DNA of 64,000 nucleotides from positions 70-64,069 of the forward strand of contig CBDCPL010000001.1 in NCBI GenBank assembly GCA_965220235.1, written 5' to 3'. This DNA comes from Candidatus Azotimanducaceae bacterium (GTDB taxonomy: Bacteria > Pseudomonadota > Gammaproteobacteria > Pseudomonadales > Azotimanducaceae). The notes beneath the pieces were generated by a model, which saw only the letters and a program-made list of their open reading frames with translations, did not search any database and was not told where the DNA came from. Of this stretch, positions 45,801 to 54,600 are shown piece by piece. A program made the translations under genes and the position numbers. Within the stretch, counting starts at the first letter, position 1; each line of letters begins with the position of its first letter.

Positions 45801-46758
45801 GCGTGTGCGTACCCGTGTTGGACGGATTCGCCTCAATCGATACGCTAGTCCCGGAATGCCACTTGGTGTTCGTGGCGTGATCAGGTGCAGGATCGGTATT
45901 GGCTACATCCTCTGCGGCTAGCCAGATGGATCCAGCATGAAGCACAATGCTCCCCGCATCGTAATATCCAGCTGCCCAAGTTCCAGTCCAGTTGGATAGG
46001 AGAGTGTAATTCGTGTTCGACTCTGGGCCGTTATTGACGTCGACTGTATGAGCCGTGTTGACGTAGTACATCCGCCCATCGTGGCTCGTTAGATCGCCAA
46101 CAGAGAAGGCGTGATTACTGCCTACGGGCCACTCGCCCGCATACCCCTTAAGGTAAGTTCGCGCATTGTCGCCAGTGATATATGCATTCGGATCGCCCGA
46201 CTCAGACTCTTGTGCTATGAGTAGCCGATCAGTGCCGAGCAACGCGGTCGCTTCGGTACCGACGTCATCGTGCAAGTTGAAGACCGTTCGGTCGATTCGC
46301 AAGAACGCCGAACTGGCATTTGGATTTGCGGTATTGGTGGACGCTACATTTGACCGCACAAAGTACGGATGATTCTGATAGAGGACAATCGTGCCAGCAG
46401 CGTAAGCCTTGCCTGTAAGAAACGCCCCTTCGTAGCCATCGACCGCTTCAAAATGTCCTACATCGGCAGATGGATGATTAGTCGAATTGGTGATGTCAGC
46501 GAGAACGAGATAAACTCTATTAGAATCTCGGATTAGCGTATGAGCGTCATAATCACTACCACTAGACCACGCTCTTATTAAGGTTGTCCCGCTACCGCCT
46601 ACATCTAACTCTCGGTTTGAATCGTCTGCCGATACACCTGCATTGCTCGCAGGATGGAAGATCGCCTTGACTGCGTTGTAGAGATTCTGCTGCGTCGGCG
46701 TGAATGTTCCGCCAGAACCGCCACCGCTACCACCGCCTCTACCGAATTGAAAAGGCAT
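42865..46758 (-). CDS. Giant virion-associated (fibre-like) protein with a Gly-rich N-terminus and similar repeats
   Basis: 1297 aa. It starts MPFQFGRGGGSGGGSGG and has repeats YAAGTIVLYQNHPYF, FSVGDLTSHDGRMYY and YDAGSIVLHAGSIWLA. Confidence 0.65.
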   Translation of the reverse strand: MPFQFGRGGGSGGGSGGTFTPTQQNLYNAVKAIFHPASNAGVSADDSNRELDVGGSGTTLIRAWSSGSDYDAHTLIRDSNRVYLVLADITNSTNHPSADVGHFEAVDGYEGAFLTGKAYAAGTIVLYQNHPYFVRSNVASTNTANPNASSAFLRIDRTVFNLHDDVGTEATALLGTDRLLIAQESESGDPNAYITGDNARTYLKGYAGEWPVGSNHAFSVGDLTSHDGRMYYVNTAHTVDVNNGPESNTNYTLLSNWTGTWAAGYYDAGSIVLHAGSIWLAAEDVANTDPAPDHATNTKWHSGTSVSIEANPSNTGTHTLTSIEIDGTVYEIPSGGDAIQLHIDTTAQTLAADSWRAITLSQAPSESSFIVVRFFRRNASDAVVQGGFGLAQFPAKQWLDLPTVDNTGSGTAASVLQAGENVLGFTIVDPVDNELADASPSEVFIGRGSNTQMRLFFEGFANACVEVNEYPLGGGGSGGSADVRYLPQEWNATDDYAINDQVGFGEKIYIANKAITGAASNDDPATATDDWNEVDYFGGLTTGSNLSGDGTPSNPLELRNPNRLNVIPSSDTDDAGKVNALNSDATAYELVTPFGQTEADARVNALVLAQALISNTDPFADDKIPASITRDTELTAAIANFLTQTQVDARVVAGVIAQARTGNSGRWAKSKLPSDVVYSAGLASSIAPFQTVAQINALIQTALANELEWEGDYSASAAYVIGDVVAHTAGGTATYLCIAAVSANDANAEPNVGTNWEDHWLRLGWEEGDPNSYDDVSLSGDVLTFERIGGSNPTTVDLASLATTIPTRVERITFQERASGNTNFEANPIDTNPVRVITGNGDPQLITGISSTDFTLAPGDYMIDIHGMLTASNRNAAISYEIRQSSNNAVLEGSTTPKFPNNNVQLTISAYAQLHLSAPTEINIWVRIIDNDVAWAANWYANFMRIGTGITEGEGATWAPTEYATATFDLTGAAANVGLVDSESNPIIAPASGYLIATFDVPGLGLRGDSQLVRADRLRLARSSSDLTAGLYTDANTHQIYFEAGAQTPNAASSGNTILLETIAEGGGTPTVRPSIARFDVSGEQNPVAGDISNAAYTYDLAISQAGHASSARIVGYEGTSDNRPANVDILHQVGDLQSETGTVNLPANTSLAAGANYSIELQVFAEGETANNDPSIYHDYVITARAAAAAQVHFGLVERSAADGTIDFSGDITTASMAAGSYNTGTITPGTTYNLYWLVPTSQSQPTTWTHGGVDVTTAIGVLPASDLTINSIDYKLYRTTSNFDDLGSGQTYILS

Positions 46759-47015
46759 TATTCAGCTTCGTCGTAAACAATAGAGCCGCCGCCCATAGGC
46801 GACCAGACGAAAATCGAATCACCCGACGCATGCTTGGCGCGCCCGTAGGATGTTTCGCCATTCGCCTCTAAGCGAAACGCGTTCTCCGTATTTGTTGGTG
46901 CGCTAGACGCTATCTCCAGATACATGACCCGATTCGTCTGATTCTGCACCGTGTACCAGACCTCATCGGTCGTACCCGCAAGAGCGGTCGGTGTGGTGGT
47001 GATCTCTTGATTCAT
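46758..47015 (-). CDS. hypothetical protein
   Basis: 85-aa ORF, coupled to its neighbours. Confidence 0.5.
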   Translation of the reverse strand: MNQEITTTPTALAGTTDEVWYTVQNQTNRVMYLEIASSAPTNTENAFRLEANGETSYGRAKHASGDSIFVWSPMGGGSIVYDEAE

Positions 47016-47389
47016 TCTCTGTCTTGCCTCGATGCAATAATCGTGGTGTACGCGCCCCAGCGTTCGACTTGGATCGCTCGGTACGCCGATCCATCTATTT
47101 CGATAATGTCGCCGTTGGTCTCGCCTGCGCGTAGCGACTCCAGTTGTCCGTGATAGTAGAGCGTCGCCATCTCTGTGTCCTGCAAACCTTCAGGTAGCGA
47201 CTGCCTGTCTTTGATTCCCGGCGTGTAGACGATCTGAATATCGCTTACTTCTTCAGTGCCGTCTTCCCATTCGCCAAATTCATTCCGCATCCCCGCTGTT
47301 TGCTTGCGCAGGCGCGCGGAGATGTTGAACTCACCGATGGGCAATACCGAGTTAGCAACTTGTGAAGCGAGGGAAGTAGCCAAAGTCAT
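47012..47389 (-). CDS. hypothetical head-completion-module protein
   Basis: 125-aa ORF; called on position. Confidence 0.45.
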   Translation of the reverse strand: MTLATSLASQVANSVLPIGEFNISARLRKQTAGMRNEFGEWEDGTEEVSDIQIVYTPGIKDRQSLPEGLQDTEMATLYYHGQLESLRAGETNGDIIEIDGSAYRAIQVERWGAYTTIIASRQDRE

Positions 47390-47724
47390 ACAACCAGCAC
47401 TCCTATCCCGCTTCGTGCGTTGCGCTTTTCAAGCGTCAGGAAGCGTTTGCCGTAAGATGTGGAGGTGAAAAACGCCTCTCTGCCCGTCTCTGCCTGCGTT
47501 TTATACGAGACACTGAGGGCACCGGCACTCGCAGACTCTTTTTCGGGTGAACTTTCTACGCCATCACTCGTCTGTTGGTCGAGTTTGAGCAAATGCGCCG
47601 CTAAAAATAGCGTAGCGCGCTTGCTCTGATTGTGGATTTCAGTCGCTTCGGCTAGGACACGCTCGACTTGTGCGTCCGATGAGGCGCTAAATTCGGGGAA
47701 TTGCTCTCTAAATTCGGTGAGCAT
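47386..47724 (-). CDS. Head-tail connector-like protein (DUF4054-like)
   Basis: FREQFPEFSASSDAQVERVLAEA...LFLAAHLL. Confidence 0.5.
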   Translation of the reverse strand: MLTEFREQFPEFSASSDAQVERVLAEATEIHNQSKRATLFLAAHLLKLDQQTSDGVESSPEKESASAGALSVSYKTQAETGREAFFTSTSYGKRFLTLEKRNARSGIGVLVV

Positions 47725-47735
47725 AGCTCCCCCAC

Positions 47736-48011
47736 TCAGCTATCGACTAGTGCTAGATCATCTTTCGCTTTCGATCTGGCGGTAGACCGTTGAAATCGCC
47801 ACTCACGGTTGCCCGTTCCCTGCTTGACCTCTGTGAACGGTTGCGATCCACGACTGTTCCAGCGACATGCACTCGAATAAGCCGAAAACGCCACGCCACC
47901 AATCACATCGCCATCGACATGCGTCACGATCATCGGTAGCCATTCGTCGCGTCCGCCAAATATCTGGCGAATCTCGACGATCTGACCAATGCGAGCCTGT
48001 CTAGACGCCAT
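47736..48011 (-). CDS. hypothetical protein
   Basis: 91-aa ORF immediately after the capsid gene. Confidence 0.5.
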   Translation of the reverse strand: MASRQARIGQIVEIRQIFGGRDEWLPMIVTHVDGDVIGGVAFSAYSSACRWNSRGSQPFTEVKQGTGNREWRFQRSTARSKAKDDLALVDS

Positions 48012-49122
48012 CCGTATAGCGTATGGTGTTCGCGCGTTTCACAAACAGCGGCGAGAACTTCGCTTCGACTGGAGCGCAGATAACTCGACCTTGATCCAAG
48101 ACCTTGATCACGCGTGGCATGATAGACACGCCAATCTCAGCCACTCGCTCGTGCTTGAGCGCTACGACCATTCGGTCAGCACCACCAGCACCAATCCCTT
48201 CCAGTTCGAGTACTCGCTCGATCATGATTGGATTGCGAGTCATGTGCGTCCAGGGGTTATCCGCCATCAACGCAGACATGATCGTGCGATCGGCATTGTC
48301 GCCCACATAGCGAGAGGTCAATAGGTCATATTGCTCACCAGGTAGATAGACAGTCATGCCCGTATTCACATTACGACCAAAGGTTTCTTTGGTGTCCACG
48401 ATCATTGACGATAACTCGTCAGCAATCAACGTTCGCACCTGCTCAGAGGTCAGATCGCTGAAGGTCTGATTAGCCCCCTGCGTCTTGAGTCTTGCCTGTT
48501 CTCCAGTCGGATTCGCTGCCGCGTCAAGATTGAGCAAACCTCGCTCCGCATACTCACCGCCGGTCAAGGCAACTGCTTCCATCGTTTCCATCGTGCCGGT
48601 AACAGCAGCTTCGATGGTCTCGGTATCCAGTGCCACGCCTGTGTACATCGCTCCGCGTAGTTCGTCGAGCGACCACTCAGCATCGAGACCGTAGATGTGC
48701 ATGTCTTTGGTCACGCGCGTGCGGCTAACGTTCGCTGACGGAGCCTCATAACCGGGAGCAGTCAGACGCGCTGCCCGACCTCTCCTATCGCTGATCGGTA
48801 CGCCATAAGACGCTGCCCCTTCGGCGATGTTGGTGTTGATGTGAACGAAACTCGGCAGGCGGTAATCGGTGTAGAGTATCTCATCGACCATCGTTTGCAG
48901 GGCTAGCAAGTTGTCCGTTACATAACCGAGTGCTTGCGCGTCCTGTGATGCTCGCTTGTAGACTTCCGGTACACCGCCATTCAGTGCTTCGAAATTGTGA
49001 TTCGGGTTAGCATGGGGGCGTAACGCACGATTCTGCAGCTGGTAGTCGTCCCACTGATTCTTCTCAGCGAGGTCTCTCGCCAAGCTGTAGTCATTCTGAC
49101 TACGTCCAAAAATATCAGGCAC
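48001..49122 (-). CDS. Major capsid protein (DUF2184-like, HK97-fold type)
   Basis: The GTG at 49122 follows GGGAGG, and the longer track ORF is an over-extension. 374 aa, placed after the protease-scaffold and cement genes. Contains IYGLDAEWSLDELRGAM. Confidence 0.7.
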   Translation of the reverse strand: MPDIFGRSQNDYSLARDLAEKNQWDDYQLQNRALRPHANPNHNFEALNGGVPEVYKRASQDAQALGYVTDNLLALQTMVDEILYTDYRLPSFVHINTNIAEGAASYGVPISDRRGRAARLTAPGYEAPSANVSRTRVTKDMHIYGLDAEWSLDELRGAMYTGVALDTETIEAAVTGTMETMEAVALTGGEYAERGLLNLDAAANPTGEQARLKTQGANQTFSDLTSEQVRTLIADELSSMIVDTKETFGRNVNTGMTVYLPGEQYDLLTSRYVGDNADRTIMSALMADNPWTHMTRNPIMIERVLELEGIGAGGADRMVVALKHERVAEIGVSIMPRVIKVLDQGRVICAPVEAKFSPLFVKRANTIRYTDGV

Positions 49123-49676
49123 TAGAAAACCCTCCCGTATCCGATTCGTGCAATGGCGATCCCGTTCGCCGATACATCCAGTCGAGACGCACAGGTAACT
49201 GGCACTCGACCATAACTCTTCTGGTAGGCAGCGAGTTCTGCATCCGTTGGACTGCCTGCAGTCGTTGGATCCCACACGTCAGGTGAGTCAATCACCGACC
49301 AGTTGTGGTTGCTTGAAGAGAACTCAAGGCGGTCACTGTATTTCGCAGCTGCACCGACACGCACCCAGACCGAGCCAAATACGCAGACCTCAATCTCATC
49401 GCCGTCCGCAAAGGTCAACGTTGAGTCTTCCTTCTGCACCCGATCCTGTCGATACACCAAGATGCCAGAGAGCAACTTGGGATCGGTGCAATATTGCCAG
49501 CCGTCTTCAGCGCGGTTGTACTGCAAGCCATCGCCAGGTCTTAGCTCTCGCCCGCTCGCGATGCCGCTTGCTACGTGAGCCACACCCGAATCGAACGCAT
49601 GCGGGAAGTTCGGCTGCGCGACTTCACCCGGATAGCCAATATCAGGGTTGACTTGATAGGTGGTTTGTACTGCCAT
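49122..49676 (-). CDS. Head decoration / cement-like protein
   Basis: 184 aa, located between the protease and capsid genes. It resembles the cement proteins that accompany DUF2184 capsids. Confidence 0.4.
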   Translation of the reverse strand: MAVQTTYQVNPDIGYPGEVAQPNFPHAFDSGVAHVASGIASGRELRPGDGLQYNRAEDGWQYCTDPKLLSGILVYRQDRVQKEDSTLTFADGDEIEVCVFGSVWVRVGAAAKYSDRLEFSSSNHNWSVIDSPDVWDPTTAGSPTDAELAAYQKSYGRVPVTCASRLDVSANGIAIARIGYGRVF

Positions 49677-49687
49677 AGTCTATGCTC

Positions 49688-50752
49688 CTAAGATGAGATG
49701 TGCCGAGCCGACAGATCGAGTCGACGTTGCGAGACTAGCTGATTCATGTCCACGCCGACAGGTGTCCTGTTAGGATTGCTACCCGTAGGCTGTGGATCGA
49801 TAGGTGGAACCTCTCGGCGTTCGAGGATCCCTTCGACTTTCGCCTGCAGATAGTCCTCAGACCGACCTTCGGCATCCTCCACTTCTTCGCCAACCGCCGC
49901 GACCAGTATCTCTTTCATGGACTTGTCAGCGGTGTCGAAATCTTGTGGTAACAGTGATCGCACATTGACGATCAGTTCTGCTCGTTGCTCTGCCTCTTTA
50001 ATGATGTTGGCGCGTTCTTCGGCAGCTAACTTTTCCGATTCCTCACGCTCACGCTCGGCTTTTTCGGCGGCTTCTTTCGCTTCGTCGCGTGCAGCTAAGG
50101 CACTATCAACCTGATCTTTCACGTGCGACTCGACTTCATCCGAGACCGCTTCGACCACGCTGGTTCGAATCATCTCGACGTCGATTTTCGCACCGTCCCC
50201 TGCCTCGATCTTCGCGAGTACGCTTTCGAGTTTCGCATCGATCATCTCAGATAGTTTCTCGTTATCCATCGCTTGTTGTCCTCTGGATGTAACCTTTGAT
50301 GCCTTATACACAGGCTTGTCAACTAAGCCGATCCCTACGAGATCAGCTTTCTCGATTATGGTGATTGTACCTGAACTGTCCTTTTCTTCCCGATATTCCT
50401 TCGGCATGAACTCAATTGAAAAACCGCGCAAGACCTTCGTGCGCACCAGTTCCATAGCATCCCTGCCCGCCTGCGTATCAGGTAATTCGGCGTTCAGGCG
50501 CATGGCATCAGGATCGTCAATCAGCGTTAAACCGCCACCGCGTGTCCTGCACAATGGCGTGCGGTGGTCGTGTTGCATGTTCAGCACCACGTCCAGTTTA
50601 GATACATCGCCAAATGCTCCAGACTCAAACCGCTCGCGGTAGCCATCGTACAGTTTGCCGATGTCACCATAGGTGATCACAGTGCCGGTGAGCTTACGCT
50701 CCTCGACGTAGTCGAACCGAACGAACCGCTTTTGTACTTGGTCTAGATCCAT
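49688..50752 (-). CDS. Prohead protease (HK97/S78 family) fused to a coiled-coil scaffold-like C-terminal domain
   Basis: RERFESGAFGD...LNMQHD...LRGFSIEF is followed by EAKEAAEKAEREREESEKLAAEE. Confidence 0.75.
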   Translation of the reverse strand: MDLDQVQKRFVRFDYVEERKLTGTVITYGDIGKLYDGYRERFESGAFGDVSKLDVVLNMQHDHRTPLCRTRGGGLTLIDDPDAMRLNAELPDTQAGRDAMELVRTKVLRGFSIEFMPKEYREEKDSSGTITIIEKADLVGIGLVDKPVYKASKVTSRGQQAMDNEKLSEMIDAKLESVLAKIEAGDGAKIDVEMIRTSVVEAVSDEVESHVKDQVDSALAARDEAKEAAEKAEREREESEKLAAEERANIIKEAEQRAELIVNVRSLLPQDFDTADKSMKEILVAAVGEEVEDAEGRSEDYLQAKVEGILERREVPPIDPQPTGSNPNRTPVGVDMNQLVSQRRLDLSARHISS

Positions 50753-50759
50753 GCTAGGA

Positions 50760-50765
50760 ATTTTA
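50760..50765 (-). promoter_or_regulatory. TAAAAT box 7 nt upstream of ATG 50752 (candidate leaderless late promoter)
   Basis: The minus strand reads GCAATAAAATTCCTAGCATG. There is no SD. Confidence 0.4.
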
Positions 50766-50785
50766 TTGCATTCGCGTTTTTTGGC

Positions 50786-50814
50786 TTGACTATGTTTTTA
50801 AGTTTTATTAAAAT
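50786..50814 (+). promoter_or_regulatory. Sigma70-type promoter TTGACT-17 nt-TAAAAT
   Basis: TTGACT lies at 50786-50791 and TAAAAT at 50809-50814, upstream of 50849..51112. Confidence 0.55.
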
Positions 50815-50848
50815 CAAGGCGTGAATCTCTAACTAGCGATAGGTAATA

Positions 50849-51112
50849 ATGGCAAGCGAATTAACGCCAGACCCGTGGGAGTACCCGCCCGAATTGCGGA
50901 ATAAGCGCAAGGACTACACTTACGAGGAGTTTATCGATCTCGTTGACAACTACAAAGTGAAATTTGGCGAGAGCATCCCTCTTGGCTACGGCATCAACGA
51001 GGTCGCTGCACCCGTGGTCGCCTACGCGATGGAAACGGACGACCCGAAGTTCTTTAACGACTGGGCGGATCAGGTCATGTCCCGCTCCGCAGAACACGGG
51101 CTGGTATTCTGA
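50849..51112 (+). CDS. hypothetical protein
   Basis: 87-aa ORF downstream of the promoter. Confidence 0.55.
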   Translation: MASELTPDPWEYPPELRNKRKDYTYEEFIDLVDNYKVKFGESIPLGYGINEVAAPVVAYAMETDDPKFFNDWADQVMSRSAEHGLVF

Positions 51113-51311
51113 TGGCAGACAACGACCGCTTCTCCTCACCTATCGGTATTGGACTGATACGCGATAAAGACGGCAACTTCAAGGGAAATCCATCTGCGTA
51201 TGAAATCGAGGTTGGATCGATTGCTAGGACTCAAGGCAGCGGCAAAAACGCACGAGGAGTTTGTTAAAGCTAATAAAGCGTATTACGACTTTATAGAAAT
51301 TAACCAGCCCG

Positions 51312-51578
51312 ATGAGTGATCGCTACGTAGTCGAAGTTGTTAACGGCGAGGATCGGTATGTCGCCTACGGACTAGACCCCGAACACCTACGCATGTACCG
51401 CCGTGAGACCAACGACTACCATCGCCGTACTAACATCTGGTTTCCATCCTGCACGAAGTTCATGCCTTACGCGTGGGTGGGTGAGCGCGTCAAAATGACC
51501 GTTGAGGCAATTGAGAAGAAGTACGGCGAACGACTTGGGATGTACGAAGAGCAATCGTTCGAATCCGAATCCAGTTAG
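51312..51578 (+). CDS. hypothetical protein
   Basis: 88-aa ORF. Confidence 0.55.
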   Translation: MSDRYVVEVVNGEDRYVAYGLDPEHLRMYRRETNDYHRRTNIWFPSCTKFMPYAWVGERVKMTVEAIEKKYGERLGMYEEQSFESESS

Positions 51579-51606
51579 GCTTTTACTCCGCCATTTCGCG
51601 TATCGG

Positions 51607-54600
51607 CTAGGTAGGCACATCTGGTTCGACCTCGACCTTCGGCTTCGGTGCAGGTTTGCCCGTGATCTCCTCGTGCGTCAGGTCTCTCGTCTTGAGACCG
51701 CCCTTCGGGTACGCCTCGAGCAGCTGGTCATCCAGTACATCGTCCGTGAAGCCCGCTTGATTAACCTTGTAGCGCTTGTAAAAATCCTTCGGCAGTCCGC
51801 CCTCTTCCTTGAGTGCCGCAAGCCGTGCATACTCCTTGAGAAACTCACGCTTATCAGGCATAGGAACATCATATATTTGCCGTGACGGCCCACCTGCATC
51901 GATAATCTTGATACGAATGTCCCGTATGGACGGCGGAACATCGAAGTCATAAAGATCGTCTGTGATGTAATGCGCATGGTGAACAAATATGGTGTCGACA
52001 TATTTATCACCGAGAGCATCAATATCCTTTGGACTGAAAGAGTGTGAATCGGTTGGATCGGTATCTTCCCAAATGTGCTTCAGGCGTTCGTTTTGACCTG
52101 ATGTTCCGATCTTAACGTCCTCGAATCCTGCTTTGTCCAAAGCCTTCCGCAACTTGACCGCTTGGCTTTTGGACTCGACCAATATCGTATCGACATCCGC
52201 TAGCGTGAGTTTGCCATATATCTGGGTCTCCGTATATGACGAATAAAACACATCTTCGAGATCGCCTCTGTATTTAGTTTCGCCCCACTTGGCTAGTTTC
52301 TTGGTCATGTAGTCATCTATACTGCCCTCAGATCTTCGCATCGCCCAGCTAGCTAATAGCTCCGAGTCGATCTCGTTCATTGGAACAGCAGGATTGATCT
52401 TGTAGCCCGCCTTGTTGCCGTCCAGAGAATCATCCATCGTCATGGTGGACTTCGCTCGCACCGATGGCTTGAACTTGACGTAGTTCTCGCCGTAGCCAAT
52501 CCCCACAATCTTGTCGGTGGCGATCTGATCTGCATCGCTAACGAACCCATATTTCGGCAGGTTGTCCATGTTCTCTGGCTTGATGTCATCCGCGTCAAGA
52601 TGGAACATGTCACGCTCTCGCGCAAAACGCTCATCCACCGTTATCTTCGATCCGCCCTTTTTAGTTTGAGCATACGTCTTGAACTCGTTGTCCTTGATAG
52701 CCCTAGTAATGTCCTTCGCCCTGATCGCCATATATTGGGCGGTATTCGTTTCGCTGAATGTCTCGGCAAGCGCTTCCGCTACGTCATCGATCTTGGCGAA
52801 CTTCTGAACATCTGCATCTAGATCAGAGAACGCCGCTTGTATTTTGGCTTTGTGATTTTTGGCTTCGGCAACCTCGTCCGCGCTGTAGACACCTCGATCA
52901 TCGTCTATCGCCTTCTGCCACCACGAGTCTGGATCGTCAATCTCTCGCACAATGCGTTGCTTGTTGTAGTCCTTTAAGTCAAGCCGTTCGACCTCTGGCT
53001 CTAGGCGCACGCGCGGGGACTCCAATCTAGGTGCAGCTGATTCTGGCACGGGGGCTTCATCTAGATCGTCCAACAACTTAGGCGGACTGATCTCGTCTAG
53101 ATGGGCAACAACCTGACTGACTTCATCAGCAGCGAACACGCCATCGTCCCCCGCCTTGACGATCTCGTCTCGGTACTTGTCCACGAAATCATCGACATCA
53201 ATGCTCGACTGCTTCTGCGAAATGGAAGCAACCATATCGTCGATGTACTTCGTCTCGCTCGCAATATCCAGCACGTCGTCCGCCTTGACCGCAATGTCGT
53301 CCAGCGAGTCCCGTAACTCCTTGAGCATGTTGTCAAATGTCTCTAACGAGTTCTTGCCGATGTACTCATCGCCTAACGACTTGATCTCTTCCATTGCTTC
53401 GACCAGCACCTTGCGCGCTGGATAGCCTAGTTCAACGACTCCATCTTTTGCCAGGGGGATGAGGTTATGGATCCGAACCCAAGCCTCGTCGTTTGCTATG
53501 ATTTGGATCGTGTTTGTCACGCGCTGCAATCTCTCGGCATCGACCTTGAGAGCGCCAAGCACCATCTCGCCCGCGTCCGTATCCACGATACCCAGCTCCC
53601 GCTTGAGTACCTTGATCAACTCCTTGTGGTATTCGGGGAACATCAACTGGTAGATCTTGTCTGCTGTCCGCCCCGCTCCGTTGGCTTGCACGCCATTAGC
53701 AAAGGCTTCGCTTAATCGGTAGGACGCTCCTCGTTGGCTGTAATACGATGTCGAGTGGCGGAACACGCTGGTGACTCTGCCGTTGGATAGGGCATCTGCG
53801 GTATCGCTCAGAGCGTTCAAATTGCCCTCCCAAACCTTCATCAAAGCAGAATACATACGCTCATACTTATCTCGGTCTTTTGCGAGTTCTAGTGTGTACC
53901 AGTTCTGCCGAAAGAATGCGTCCAAGACCCCCTGCACATCACCTTCCTCTAATCCGATCAGGAGACGGTGCATCAGCACGTCCTTATCCAACTGCGTCAA
54001 GCCTTCGGCTTTGAAATACGAGAAGTACTCCATATATTGATTGAGATCATCGACCGGGAGATCAAGACGTGTGGCTAGATCGTCCAGCTCTTTACGCCTG
54101 ACCGCCGCCGAAGCAATCTCGCTGAACTCCTTGTTGCGAGCGTCCAATGCATCGGAATTTTTACTGCCGTTGATCATCCGCTTCGAGTCCGCCTTGCGCG
54201 CCTTTTGGAATGGCTCAGTGAGAGACATGGGTCTGTCACCGAACTTGTTTCTCAGACCCTTTTTAGGGGGGCGGATTTGATATTTAGCGCCTAAGTCGTA
54301 GTCAATGTGGTGACCGAACTCGTGCCGCCATACACCTTGACCTCTAACTTCGTTGACCGGGTACTCGCCCATCTCAATGTGTCGCTGGTAATGGTATGCG
54401 CCTTTTCGAGGGTTCTGCCGAACCTCGCTAAGCGGTTTCGACTTGCCCGCCACGCGCGCAGCGAGTGAGTTAATATCCCACCAAGACTCCTCGTGGTACG
54501 ACACTTCCAGTGAGGTTCGTTGCCCTGCCAAGCTATCAACGTCTGCCCATGTCCGAGCATTCGGCAAATCAGTCGATGGTGGTAGAGGCTTGATCGCCTG

